A stretch of DNA of 62,495 nucleotides, counting the filler, from Dirinaria sp. TL-2023a (lineage: Eukaryota), in the NCBI GenBank assembly GCA_051941275.1. It is 11 parts of 11 records of this genome, joined end to end, with 100 filler letters (N's around TTAATTAATTAA, not from the genome) between each part and the next. Parts side by side here need not be neighbours in the genome. Positions count along the whole stretch, not along the records: positions 1 to 5,617 come from JAVEBF010001622.1; positions 5,718 to 11,323 come from JAVEBF010001624.1; positions 11,424 to 17,022 come from JAVEBF010001625.1; 8 more parts are not named here. One strand, written 5' to 3'. Under the pieces are notes generated by a model, which worked only from the letters and a program-made list of their open reading frames with translations, was not told the origin of the DNA and ran no database searches. Below, piece by piece: positions 1-12,119 of this stretch. How positions within the stretch are numbered: the first letter of the stretch is position 1; every line of letters starts with the position of its first letter. Position numbers and translations under genes: made by a program.

Positions 1-167
1 CCACCACCACCACCCTCGCCTGCGTCTCATCCACTTCGCCTGCGTCGCAGGTTAATGAGCTACTCCCCACTGCATCACCTGATACGCTCGCCTTTATATT
101 CCGCTCAAAAGACTCCTGGAGAGTTTAATGCGCCTATCCTACTGCCTCAAAGTCTGTCGTTCCATAC

Positions 168-204
168 TTCATCATCATCATCTTCTTCTTCTTCTTCTTC
201 TCCT
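168..204. repeat. (TCA)n/(TCT)n trinucleotide microsatellite
   Basis: ttcatcatcatcatcttcttcttcttcttcttctcct seen directly. Confidence 0.8.
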
Positions 205-388
205 TCGTCGCGATTCAAAAGGGAGCATTTCCCCGAACGCCTTGGCCACATTGAACAACCTCTGGCTAGCCGCGCTTGTACCATTGGAGTCTTCTGGCTC
301 TGGCGTGACAATGTGCGCTCGTGTCGGAGGTTTCCTGTCGCTTGTTTGATGCTTCGCCTTCCCTTTCCTCCGCTGCCGCCTTCTTGCG

Positions 389-2385
389 ATGCTGCATTTG
401 ACGAGCACCAATGGCCACGCTCAGATCTCTAATACCACCGATCCCGGCAATCTAGAAGAAGCCCGCGATGGTACGTGGATATCGAATCCCTCCAAGATCA
501 CGCATGAGATGCTCAACAATGAGCGAGGCTCCAACACAATCTCTCATGCCGAGCCGCAAGTGAGCATTCCTGTGCCTACAGCAGGCGACCGGGGCCCAAT
601 GAGCGGTAGTGTTGGAAAAATTCATGTTGAGAAAGTCCGCGAGCAATCTCCCAGGACAGTCATACGCCGGCCCTCGACGGCCAGATCGTCAGGCCGCAAG
701 CCATCGTCAAAGGAGGAGGAACCAGCGTCTATGCGCAATGGGACTAACCACACCTCAATGGTGGAGACGAGCATTCAAGCAGCTTCGAAGAAGCGCAAGA
801 AAGGGGGTTTGGGCACCGTCATCCGTCGTTTATTTGGTCGGCGATCCGTCAAGAATCGCATAAGCCTACCTGCTCCGGTAAACCACCAAAAGCATGTAAG
901 TTTACTCGAGGACGTGACCCAATGAACGCCAGCTGACATCGATGGAAGGACCCGCACACGTTCATCACCTCTCCTTCTGACCTCAAACCCCAACGCGCTG
1001 CATCGGTACCCTCGGCAAACATTCTGCGCACAAGTGCTCTTGGCTCTCATTCCCCGTTCGTCTTAAGTATTCCGAAGGACTCTCGTATCAGCAATAATGG
1101 GGTACCAAAGCAGCCGGAACGTCCACCGCCGGAAAGACCTGCCAGACCCCGCCGTGCAAGCCTACCTAGCGTCATCTTAAGCTCACAAGAAGCAGAGGAC
1201 ATAAACAATGCCTTGACAGGCTTGGGACTGCATGATGGTGGTGACCAGGTTTTCGATGGACGTGACATCGGATTTGCTATTACGAGCGGTAGTAATCCCA
1301 AAAGAAGATCAAGAAGCGTTGGCGATTACCGCAGCACTGCAAAAGAACATCGCATGTCGCCCATACAGTGGAGACAGTGGAGACGGAGGAGCGATGAGAT
1401 CAAATACTGGAGAGAAAGCGCCACGGGCGATGAGCCTGCAAGTAGTGGGCGGTCGGGTTTTATTGAGACCGAACATGAACCTACCTCCGCTGATCCAGCT
1501 ACCAAAGCGGCCTCCGAGCCTGGTGGTGAGGGCGATCGGCCGTTTGAAGCTCATAGTCACGAATTCAATTTTGGCCTTCCTATTTCTGATATACAGGGTA
1601 ATGAGCACATTGGCCTGGAAGAGAGGATGATTACCCTCGAACTCAAGCTGATGGACTTCGACTACGCTATCTCCAAACTTCAAGCAGGTTCATTCCCGCC
1701 CCTAAACCGACACGGACGAGTGGAAGCCTTTCCTACTGGATCTGCGCATACTAGGAGTGTCTCGGACCAACCTCAGATACAGTCATCCAAAGCCGGAGGA
1801 CCCTTTGTCGAAACGTCACCCTCGCTTACTTACTACCATGGCGATGAAAATCCAGGTTTTCAGGGAGATTCTTCTCTTGCTACAGGACCCGATCTCACTA
1901 CGATCCAACCAAGGCCCCGACCGGCGAGTATCGCAACAACGTTGAAAGCTAGCGGAGCCGGACATTATAGCTCCTCGGGGGTGAGAAGTTCTATCGACCG
2001 TAGCTCTCGCAGTAGTATCACACAGCTTACGATTGAACATTATACCACGTTGATCACTCTCATACGGCGAGAACAGTCAGCCCGTATGCGCCTCGAAGAC
2101 CAAGTTACGCAGCTGCAAAGACAGGTTGAAGCATTAGAAGCGTCCTCTTCATCTCCACGGTCCAGAAGAGAACAGCAAGCTCTTGGTAGACATTTTTCCC
2201 CAGACGATATTTGCAGGCCATATGGTTTCGGATTCGATGTTCGACAGCGCAGAGGAAGATCGAGCAACTATTCAGGTGATACGGATACTGACGACGATAA
2301 TTTCCACGAAGTTTATGTTACGCCTGTCGAGCGAGGCGAGTTTGAGAGAGACGACTTCGACGGAGAAGAAGGCGTTGCTTTCTGA
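389..2385 (+). CDS. Hypothetical Pezizomycotina-type protein, S/P-rich with C-terminal coiled coil (2 exons: 389-895, 949-2385)
   Basis: GTAAGT donor at 896, CTGAC branch and AG at 948 join ORF 389.. in frame to ORF 1213..2385 (QKH|DPHTFITSP); coiled-coil segments LEERMITLELKLMDFDYAISKLQ and LIRREQSARMRLEDQV. Confidence 0.7.
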
Positions 2386-4059
2386 AGATTTACGCATTAC
2401 GCAGGATATCAGCTGGTACACGGATTTTTGATGGACTTTGACGAAGCATTACGAAGCGAGTACACAGGAAGGTGCTGGACACCCTATTAAAAGGTTTTCT
2501 CGGGAGGCTTGTTGTTATTTGTATCGTAATTTGCTGTCAGAGCATTTCATCTATTGTGGATGAATTTCTCACATTCTGCGATTTTTGGTTCCCCATCTGA
2601 AGCGCGCATATCTCCTGGTGGTGGCGGCTGGTGGAGGTCTGTTGGTTTCGTAACCATTAAATATACGATGGATGGCTGCGGAGATGGATGATTGTATGAG
2701 TAACAGAGACACCGCCTCTTCCTGAAACGGGATCCCACAACTTTCCCATCTGTCGGCCCATTGAGAGCCGATCGTGGGGTTTGGGGCCCTCCCACAGGTC
2801 GTCGGCATCTTTATTTTCTAAGGTTCAAAGCAATATGAGGACCCCGCTACTTTTACTGCCTCTGGTCCTCCAATAGAAAAGACATGCACTCGTGCATGTA
2901 TCAGCTAATTGGTCTGTGGGAAGATGAGCACACCGACAAGGCGAGCACGTGTGACCTCTCAGAGTCCAACATTACGATAGACCTGTCGTTGCCAGTCCGT
3001 GTGTACGACGTGAGGACGCTTCCCAATGCGCCTTCGTATTTCGCGAGCATCTCCCGAATCCTAGCCGAGAAAACATTATTTGTACATCAGCAGAGCACTC
3101 GAGGGACTTCTTTAAAGAGTGATACTTCGTCCTTGGCCTAAGAATGTCGCCGATATATCATTACTTTAGGATATGTCAGACCCTTAGCTGAACGACATAT
3201 GGTCACGGTACGCGCTCGATACTTTTGACCGTGAAGTTTGTCAGGCATCCAGGAGATGGGACGTAGCTGATCTCTTTGAACGAAACTCCTCCGAGAACCC
3301 GCTTTTGATGAAGTAATCTTATACAAGGCCACCCGAGTCCTGTTGCGGCTTGTGGCAGTGCGCCGAAATTGTAATTATGACCTTGTTTGTCCAACAAAGG
3401 CTGGTCTTATGGCCCCTAAAGATCTAACCTTTAGCCTCTCAACCATAACATCTTTCTTGCAATGTCCAGCACTTGTGCGCATGTCATGAACAGCTGAAAT
3501 AAGGCTGGGATATGAAGTTGCTCCGCACTTGGCTTCTGCATTGGCAAGGGCCGGCCGATCTGAGGCCAGAACTTTCCGCTTCTCCAATATATCTATCTCG
3601 TGTTTCTATTGCTTACTTTATACTTACAGTGTCTGTACCCAGTCGGTCATGCTAGCGACCGATGCGATTCCACATTTGCTACTCTCATCTTTCCGCCGCG
3701 AAGCTAATTGATAGCTCGAACCAACATTGCGCCATGTACAGCCTCACACGTCGATCATCGCAATCTCTAACGATCTTGCAATTTGAGCATATGCTGGTAA
3801 TCAAAAAGCTTTTTTGGTTGATGGGAGTTTCAAAGCCATGTTTCAGAGCCTGGAAGCTTGCTCTTTCACCCTATTATAGGGTCACTTACGTGCGTCATAT
3901 GGTATATCTAATTTCTTTAGCCTTAGAAGGCGCAGCACGTATCTTGCCTTAAAGTACGATGGCCATTATGCTTATCCAAGAGGGATACATATATATCTGA
4001 GGTCTCATCTATTAAGAACTTTGGCACATACATTCTTGCATCGCATATCTCTCTCCAAA

Positions 4060-5403
4060 ATGGCATCCAAACTGAAGATCCCCTTTTTATACTTGACCGT
4101 GGCAAGTCTAGCATTCACGACCTATGGTAGTCCTGTGGATAGGCTATGGCGCTTTGTCAAGCGCGAAACGCCTTGTATAGCCCTGGGAGACTGTCCAGGA
4201 ATGAACCCTTCACCCCGAACCACGTCAACACCAGTTCCTGGACCAACGACAACAGCTGCTCCTTCCCCGTCCCATCCTCCCACTACCACACGCCCTGCAC
4301 CAACTACCACTCCAGCGCCACCAGCGACCACCACAACGGGTGGCGCTTCCGTTCAAACGTGTGTTGCTGCAATGAGTTTCCAATCCGTCCCCTGACCATA
4401 CTTACCTTCGTACAGGCCTGTTCAACGCATCTTCCTCGACACCGATACTTGCAGCGGCACTCAAAAAGATCAAATCAACCAAGCTTGGAATGATGCTGGT
4501 TTATTGGCACGTGCAGCCGCAGGAGGCCGACTGGACTACGATTATACAATCCCGGCAACCGAATGGCTCGGCAAGTGGTGGAATTTCCCAGGATTCTTCC
4601 CGATCTGGAGCGATTATCAATTGATCATCAGGTATGGCATGTTACAATTGCTGTGTTCCCAAGAACTGACGAAAGGTCCATTTTCAAGTCGAAATCGAGG
4701 TCGCCAACTGCAGCTTCATGGCGACAATGTGGCCAGCGGAATATGGATATACCTCTCCTGTCCCAAGCAACATGATGCCTGCAGCCCGGGTACAATCGCA
4801 GCTTCCGCGGATTCGAACCGGATTTTCTGGAAGAACCATTACACCGTTTTCTGCCCGCTGTTCTTCCAGCAGGACAGCATGAGCGTGTCCATGGACAAAG
4901 TCCGCTCCGACCCGCGCGAGCAGGAAATCATGGACAATTACTGGGGCAACCAGGGATACGCATTTTTCCACGAGACGTACCACTACGGAGGCTCGGTCAG
5001 CGATCCGCGGACAGCGGACTACTGCTACAAGGCCGAAGCCTGCTGGGACATGGCCGCCGACACGGGCAAGAGCACCGGGTGGGCAATGGTCAACGCCGAC
5101 TCCTACACCCTCGAAGCGACCGCCATCTATATGCAGCAGTACTTCAACACCCCGCGGCCGGCCGTGCCTCGCAAGTACACCATCGCGCTGAATCAGCCGA
5201 CCAATGCCACGAATACTACGACTCAAAGACCTCCCGGCCCATTCTCGGATCCGAGCTCCGCGCCGCCGCAGCCGACGTCGATTTTCACCGCGCTGAACGA
5301 CGTGCCGACGGATTTGTTCGGCGACGTTACCGGTGATAGTATTACTTCTCAGGACTGGAAGCCTGGTCCCAAGTGGGAAGTGATCTCTGGACCGCCATTG
5401 TAA
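4060..5403 (+). CDS. Secreted zinc metalloprotease, aspzincin/M35 (deuterolysin-like), with Pro/Thr-rich linker; about 2 introns (~4359-4416, ~4632-4688)
   Basis: Signal peptide MASKLKIPFLYLTVASLAFTTYG, KR site, PT-rich stalk, then HETYH (HExxH), downstream TADYCY (Asp ligand) and NADSY motifs. Confidence 0.7.
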
Positions 5404-5617
5404 GGGGTTTCATAAATGCCAGCGGCGCATCAAGGGCTCATGATTGAGATCTGTAAATCAATAGCTCCGTAACTAGAAAAATCGATAGTAGCATCGAAGG
5501 AGAATCAGTAATTCGAATCCTAAATCAATAATGTACTCCTGAAAAAAAGGGTTTTCATCCCACCCGCCCGCATGTGATCAAACCCGCCTCACCAAACAAC
5601 CCCCATGTCATTTAATC

Positions 5618-5717
5618 NNNNNNNNNNNNNNNNNNNNNNNNNNNNNNNNNNNNNNNNNNNNTTAATTAATTAANNNNNNNNNNNNNNNNNNNNNNNNNNN
5701 NNNNNNNNNNNNNNNNN
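5618..5717. other. Artificial contig linker N44-TTAATTAATTAA-N44
   Basis: Identical 100-bp spacer with stop codons in all six frames; occurs 10 times in the window. Confidence 0.98.
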
Positions 5718-6346
5718 TTGTGGCCACAAGCTGTAATAGAATAGGCACTGAAATACGTAAACCTGGGTAATCAGACAGCTCCTCAGGTATCTACGTAGTA
5801 GAATACACGATGTAGTAAATACACTGTGCTGAGGCGATGGCGTCAGTGTGCCAATTACTGGAATAATCCAAGTGTTATCGAATTTAAAGTATATATATTA
5901 TGATTGGGGCAAAAGTTTCTCAGGTTACCACGTAGCAAGGTGGTGGTGTAGCGGTAAAGTGTCCGCGAACAACTTTGGCTTTCCATCGTCCCACACCCAC
6001 CCTATACGGATGCACCATTTTTTTCCACGTTCGAACCCTGAGGTGTACAAACTTTTCCTGTTTTTATTTTTTTGGCGAACGGTATTAGCATAATGGTGGA
6101 AGTGTACCTCGAATTAGAACGCGTCTAGAAATTAATATCGTATCAATTTGAATGGGCATTTTAGATACAAGTATCTGAATCAGTGCCTGAGACAGTTCTT
6201 ATGAGGATGGCAGGAACACGGGACCGAGCACTCAATGAAAATGGAGAAGCTATCAGGAAGCATATCAATGTATCTAATGTGGCATGCTCTGGTAAAGACT
6301 GCATACATATTGATGACCCTACTTCTCCTCATCCACAAACTCCCTC

Positions 6347-7384
6347 TCACTCACAGGCGGAATCTTTGACATTGAATCGAAGGATTCTGAGCTCATTGTA
6401 GACATTCGCCGGGAACCTGTACATGACATGTATTAGTAAATTTGAATGAAGGATCAAGAGTTTCGGCATACCCTTTTTGTGGAGGGCTATCGAGTGCACG
6501 CTGTCCCTGCATTTTTGAATGACACGATCTTGCCATATCTGCTTCGGCTGGACGATGTGGTTCTCGACATCGTAAACCCTGATAGGTAATTCATTGTGGC
6601 TTGCATAGTTTCGGTTGGCACCGAGACCTAATAATTGTCGAGCGCTTCGATCGACTGCGTGGACGCATCTTTGGAAGTATTTTCCAAGCAGCTCATCATA
6701 CCCGTCTCGGAAGTCATCCTTGTCATACCCTTTGTCACTAGTGAGAATTGCTAGGTAGGCGTGGCACAATTCATGCAAAAGTATAGCCCACATAAATCGG
6801 AATTGTGACACTGGAGGCTCCCCTGCTAGCACTGTCTTGTCTTCATCCAGATTGAGCAGCAGTCGGTCTGCATTCATGTATACTGTGGCATGACCCCAGC
6901 GGGAAGAATAGTCGTAACTGTAACATGCTGCGAGAGCACGTTCCCCTGCAGGATTCTTTGAAAAGTCCTTCCTCATTGTATCTCCGTCACTCCACCTAAC
7001 ACTTAGACGTCCTTTCATGTTTCCAGCGAAGAACACCCTGTCCCAGTCGAGGCAGGTTTTCACCAAAAGATCTGGTTGTCAGTCTTCGTTCTCCAGCGAC
7101 AACATGCTTTGCAGTCGCGCCAGGGCAGATTGCCTACCGTTTGACATCACACTGCTTGGCAGCAGGAAACGCTCGAGTTGCGCTGTTGCTTCTTCCGCAG
7201 ATAGAGCACCCCCAGGCATGTGGAAGTCATGGAGGTCTTGAAAAAGGCTGGGATATCCAGTGTGCACAGTGGTGATATCTTCCTTGCTGCATGGATAATT
7301 GGAGCCTTCGTCGACTGATACTTGCTTAAAGGCGTTGAAAAAACGTCGTCGATGCGCTGGGCGTGGTTTTAGTGGAGCCGTCAT
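6347..7384 (-). pseudogene. SprT-like (zincin) metalloprotease gene interrupted by an in-frame TGA at 7079-7081
   Basis: ORFs 7079..7426 and 6347..7066 are in the same frame (ENED*QPDLLVKTCLDWDRVFFAG); HELCH zinc motif; putative ATG at 7384. Confidence 0.55.
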
Positions 7385-9060
7385 TATATCAATGATTGAC
7401 ACAGGTCTGGTGAGTTTTGATACCAAAAAGAAAGAGAAACCTGGAAGTCGTGCGAATATATAGGCCGCTCTTGTATTACAGCCCAGTCATCATGTAACTT
7501 AACATGCTGGCTGACGCATAACCAAATGTCTGAAATAACGGCTTCTTATGTATGACTAAGATCCATCCGTTTGATACAACCTGGCTGAGCATTAAAACTG
7601 CCTTGCTGTTGGGATATAATGAGTCATGATATATTCATCAACAATCCACCGTAAAATGACATAATAGATTGAATCAGCATTTTAGGACGGTGCTCGTTTG
7701 AGTGACTATTCGAGCCCTCCGCGAATTCGAAAACGGGGCGCTTGGCACTGATTCTCTTGCGAAATCGCTTGGAATCGGACTCGCGCCCACTCTGTAGACT
7801 CTTTCTGATCATGATTCCTATTTGCATTGACGTGATAGAGGCTGCCTGAAGGGAACCACATATACAGTTCATATTCTTCAGTGGCTTTCGTTTTGTTTAA
7901 AAATGAGATTGAGAAGCATAATCTTTTTCAATTTTCGATCGTTGTCAGCACAGAGTCGAGCATTTTCAATTTGATGTCAAAGGAGAAATTGTACTTTTAA
8001 AGGTCAAAGAACAGGTAGTCAAGGTACGGTCATGGGCACCTAGCGCGAGTGCAATCGCCCAAGGAGCAGGTATTCTGGTCAAACTTTGACGGTTACAGCG
8101 TCTCGCCATCTCAAGATCAAATCATCTTCCTCTCAATCTATGCTCTATTCCGTGTTGTTGCAGCTAGTCTTTTTTTTTTTTTTTTTTTTTTTTCAATATT
8201 TAGCTCGTGTCTGTTTCTGCAATTCACTAGTTCCATTCAATTAGACGTAGGCTGCTGCACAAGAGCCACGAAGCTTCTTATTCGCTCTTCCCTGACTGTT
8301 TCCATTGCAGTGAGTGAAGACTAAAATTTTAACGTTATAAGGTTGTAGATGATTTGCGTACATTCATATTAGCATAAATGAAGGTCTGACCCATATTTGA
8401 ACAGCTTATGATGTGTGCTTACGATGTATTGATGTGGTAGATCCTGACAGAAGTATTTGAGGCTTATGAAGTTATGGGGCGGCGATAACTTACCTGAAGC
8501 AGATGAGATCGACAGGCATGCAAAGTCGATCGCTGTAAGGCTGACGTAGCTGACAGATCAAGTATACTAAGGTACTTAACCCGGCAGAACTATCAGCACC
8601 ATATTCGAATCAAGGTAAGATCTTACCTTTGAACTTCGGGAATCCTTTGATCCGTCGGTGATCTGTAGTCTGTACCTCTGTACTCTAGGTAAGGTATTTG
8701 GATTTCTGGCTTTTCGAACGATTTCCGGACGATCTTCGATCATTTTCAAACAGTTCCCCGTCATGGGCTATTCAAGCCTAAAGTAACCTAGAGCTTACCT
8801 TAGCGTATAAAACCTCATCGAGACGAGGAAGTACCTGTAGAGAGGAAACCCGAGGCTTGGCGGCGGTGCATCCAGTGCCCTTATAAGCAGTCGCTATAGT
8901 CCAAAAAATGCTTCCTACCATATCGAAGGTTTACTGCTACCTCAAACTAATGCATTTCCCTTTGTCGCTGTGCGCACGCTATTCAGCTCCTGGCTACCTG
9001 AGCCTCTGTTGTTACTAAAGGTCACTCAAGTTGAACAATTGCACAATTTTCGCGAGCATA

Positions 9061-10764
9061 ATGGTGTACCGCGGACCTAGTAGAGGCTGTAGAAAATGCC
9101 GAACTAGAAAGCTAAAGGTAAGAAAGTTTAGTCTAGGCTCCGATACAGGCCTATCTGATGGAATAGTGTGATGAAACCAAGCCGAGGTGTAAGCGTTGTA
9201 CCAGGGCCCAGCTGCTGTGTACCTATGACAGAGCAAGAGGGGAAGGAGAGTTGGTATGGACAGTCGGCTATGAGCCGCCAGATCAGAGCAACTCTGACAC
9301 TCGAAATTCTGTGCTGGCCTGCCGGCCAATGCATGCTGATCATCAAGAGCCTCCGCGCAACGAGCTAGCACAATGCCGACAACAGCAAGCCATATACTTC
9401 TTCTTTGGCCAAATACAGCCTCGCTTGCCAGGTTACTGGATCGAAGATTTAGGCTCTCTGTATCTTAGTTCTAGTCCTTCATCCATTGTGGCACAGACGG
9501 CGTTGGCGGTCAGCTTGAGCTTTACTTCACTCCATCCCCGGCTGCCACATTTCAAGCCACTGGCCACGAGGCAATACGCGGAATGTCTTCGACTTGTCAG
9601 AGAGACCTTTGATGACCCAATCGCTGCAGTGGCTGATGAAACGCTAATTGCTGTGCTTCTGCTGGCCTATTTCGAGGTCGGTTGGACAATGATCCTCTAC
9701 TGTAATTCGAGATGTTGACTTTGCGAAAGGTATCGAGATCTTTGGCCTTCGAATCCGCCATACACTATCCTCATCTACGAGGAATGGTAGCAGTAGTGAA
9801 GGCTCTGCCACAACACTCATTTCAGTCTCGGCTGACACGGAAACTACTCATGCATGTATATGCCGAACTAGTAATACATAGCGTTCAAGGTTTATTATGA
9901 AACACCTAATTGGATGACCAGGTATACTGCTGCTGCGCACAAGATGATCCTGACTCGCTGGATCTCAGTGTAACGCTTTTGGATGATATACTTTATACAA
10001 ACGGGATCCTGGTCAATCAGGACGAATACCCGGATTACTCTACTCTATCGTATGAAATTAAAAATCTTCCCAAACTTCGAGCAACATTCAAGAGATTGTC
10101 AGCGGCGTGGTCCAACGGATCGTTGCCCATTGCTGACACTTACGCTTTTCTTCAAAATGCGAGGAAAGAGAATATGATGCTTGCTGATTGGCCTTTTCGA
10201 AGGAAGCATCGCACACCGCATACATCATATTCGCTCCCACTCGCCGGAACGAGGGGCCAGGATGCGCTGTATCCATCCAGGATAGATATATATCATGACG
10301 CTACTCGAGCTACTATGCACAACACCTGGCGCCTTGCACAAGCTAGTATCTTTGGCATGATTGCTCAAACAGTGGGCTTCCTGGCAGCGTCCAGGACCGT
10401 GTCTTTAGGCGATGCACACAAGTTATCACAACTATTTCATCAGACCGAGGAACAAATCCGCGGTCTAGTGGACGACTTTTGCGCCAGTATCCCGTACACT
10501 ATCAACACCAATTGTATGGAAGAAATGCTATCTTACTACCCTCATGCTCCAGGAGACGCACCTTTAGCTCAGATTCCGGAGACGAATCTGATTGCAGGCA
10601 TAAGTCAAATGCTGCGGCTACTTGTTGTCAGCTTGCGATTCTATAATATACCTCACAAGCAGAAGGAATGGTTACAGCAGTATCTGACGATGCTGTCTCG
10701 AAACCCTGAAGAAGATAGGAAAAGGGCCGCTACGTTGTACTTAATTGATGGGCTTCTTACTTGA
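9061..10764 (+). CDS. Zn(II)2Cys6 fungal transcription factor with C-terminal fungal TF regulatory domain; multi-exon
   Basis: MVYRGPSRGCRKCRTRKLK | intron 9118-9166 | CDETKPRCKRCTRAQLLCTY gives all six Cys; further exons match ORFs 9251.., 9712.. and 9910..10764. Confidence 0.85.
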
Positions 10765-11323
10765 CGAAGAGTAAGTGCATCCTAATTCCAAAGATCTATA
10801 TTACTTCGTGCGAAGTGCAGTGTCGGAATTTATCTAAACCAGGAATCACTCCTCATTAGACAAGCGAAAGCAACGATTCAAAAAGCCTAGGGCCACCAAT
10901 TGGGAACTTGCAAACGACTTTCCCGTGTTATATCAGCTCTTAATTCTGACGACGTATTCAGTGCAGCCAGCGTCACTCTGAAAAAATCCACTATTGTGAT
11001 ACAGAGTACAATCGGATCCCAAGCTTAGATCTGACGCATTCCTTCAAGAAGATCGTTCAGGCTGTTGTCTTACCGACAACAGACTCTGGGGCTTCTTGCA
11101 TGGGCTTTTTTCATCCATGTGTCTGGCGAATTGGCCAAGTCAGGAAGAATACATCAATGTTTGAATGACCATTGGCCTTAGAAGGATACACAGAACACAC
11201 TGAGGCTTTTAAAACAGACTGGTAACTATTTTGGGTGGATCTCTTATCTATCTTGTGTAAAGTTCTTTGCGAAATCCACATTTTTTTGCGCTTAATCTAC
11301 CGAGCATACTGGCGTACATGGAC

Positions 11324-11423
11324 NNNNNNNNNNNNNNNNNNNNNNNNNNNNNNNNNNNNNNNNNNNNTTAATTAATTAANNNNNNNNNNNNNNNNNNNNN
11401 NNNNNNNNNNNNNNNNNNNNNNN
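11324..11423. other. Artificial contig linker
   Basis: N44-TTAATTAATTAA-N44. Confidence 0.98.
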
Positions 11424-12119
11424 TTCTTTTACTACCTTACTAACCCCCACCCCTCCCCTCCCCAGCCAGAGGCACGCACACACCACTAAGGTATGATGAA
11501 TATAACTCTACCCTCATAACGCTCCTTATGTACACCTGCATGCCAGTGACAACACCCCCCGGGGCAAGTCCTACTTATACTACTTTACTTAACCCCCCAT
11601 TCATTCTCTTCCCACTAGGGTTGAAAGGCGATGGATAACGAGCACCGAAATTGAGGCTAGCCAGCTCGCGAGACGAGAAAAAAGTGATAAGGTAGCTAGT
11701 TGCCTGAAATTATGCGTGGTACTGTTTACAGAGAAAGAAAACAATACAAAGTCGATGCGACTCGGCCCCATTTTTTTCCCTTGTTGCCAACAGCCACAGA
11801 CCAGGCGCCAGAAACCCCTTGCCCCCCCCGAGCAATGCAATGCAGTGCAATGCAGCAATAATAAAACGCAAGCGCTAGCAGCGAGCAAGTTGTTCCAAAT
11901 TCCCCTCTCTCTCTCTCAATTAGACCGACGAGGATGCTCGGCTGCCCTCGGAATAGAGTAGAGGTTCTTATTACAACACGTATCAATAATAAAAAGCCGT
12001 CCTTTGCTGCAGCCGGTGAAGAGAAAAAACGCAGCTTCGTGGAGGGCAATAAGGTGTTCCTCATCCTCCCAACGCCCGTGTGCTTTTGGCTTAGGAGGCA
12101 TTTTCTGTGTACGCGGCGA

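Noticed and set aside
2884..3952. Several short ORFs on both strands
   Set aside because: No recognisable motifs or consistent splice structure.
5662..5673. TTAATTAATTAA palindrome recurring every ~5.7 kb, resembling a regularly spaced repeat or array
   Set aside because: Always embedded in N44 runs; an assembly linker with six-frame stops, not biology.
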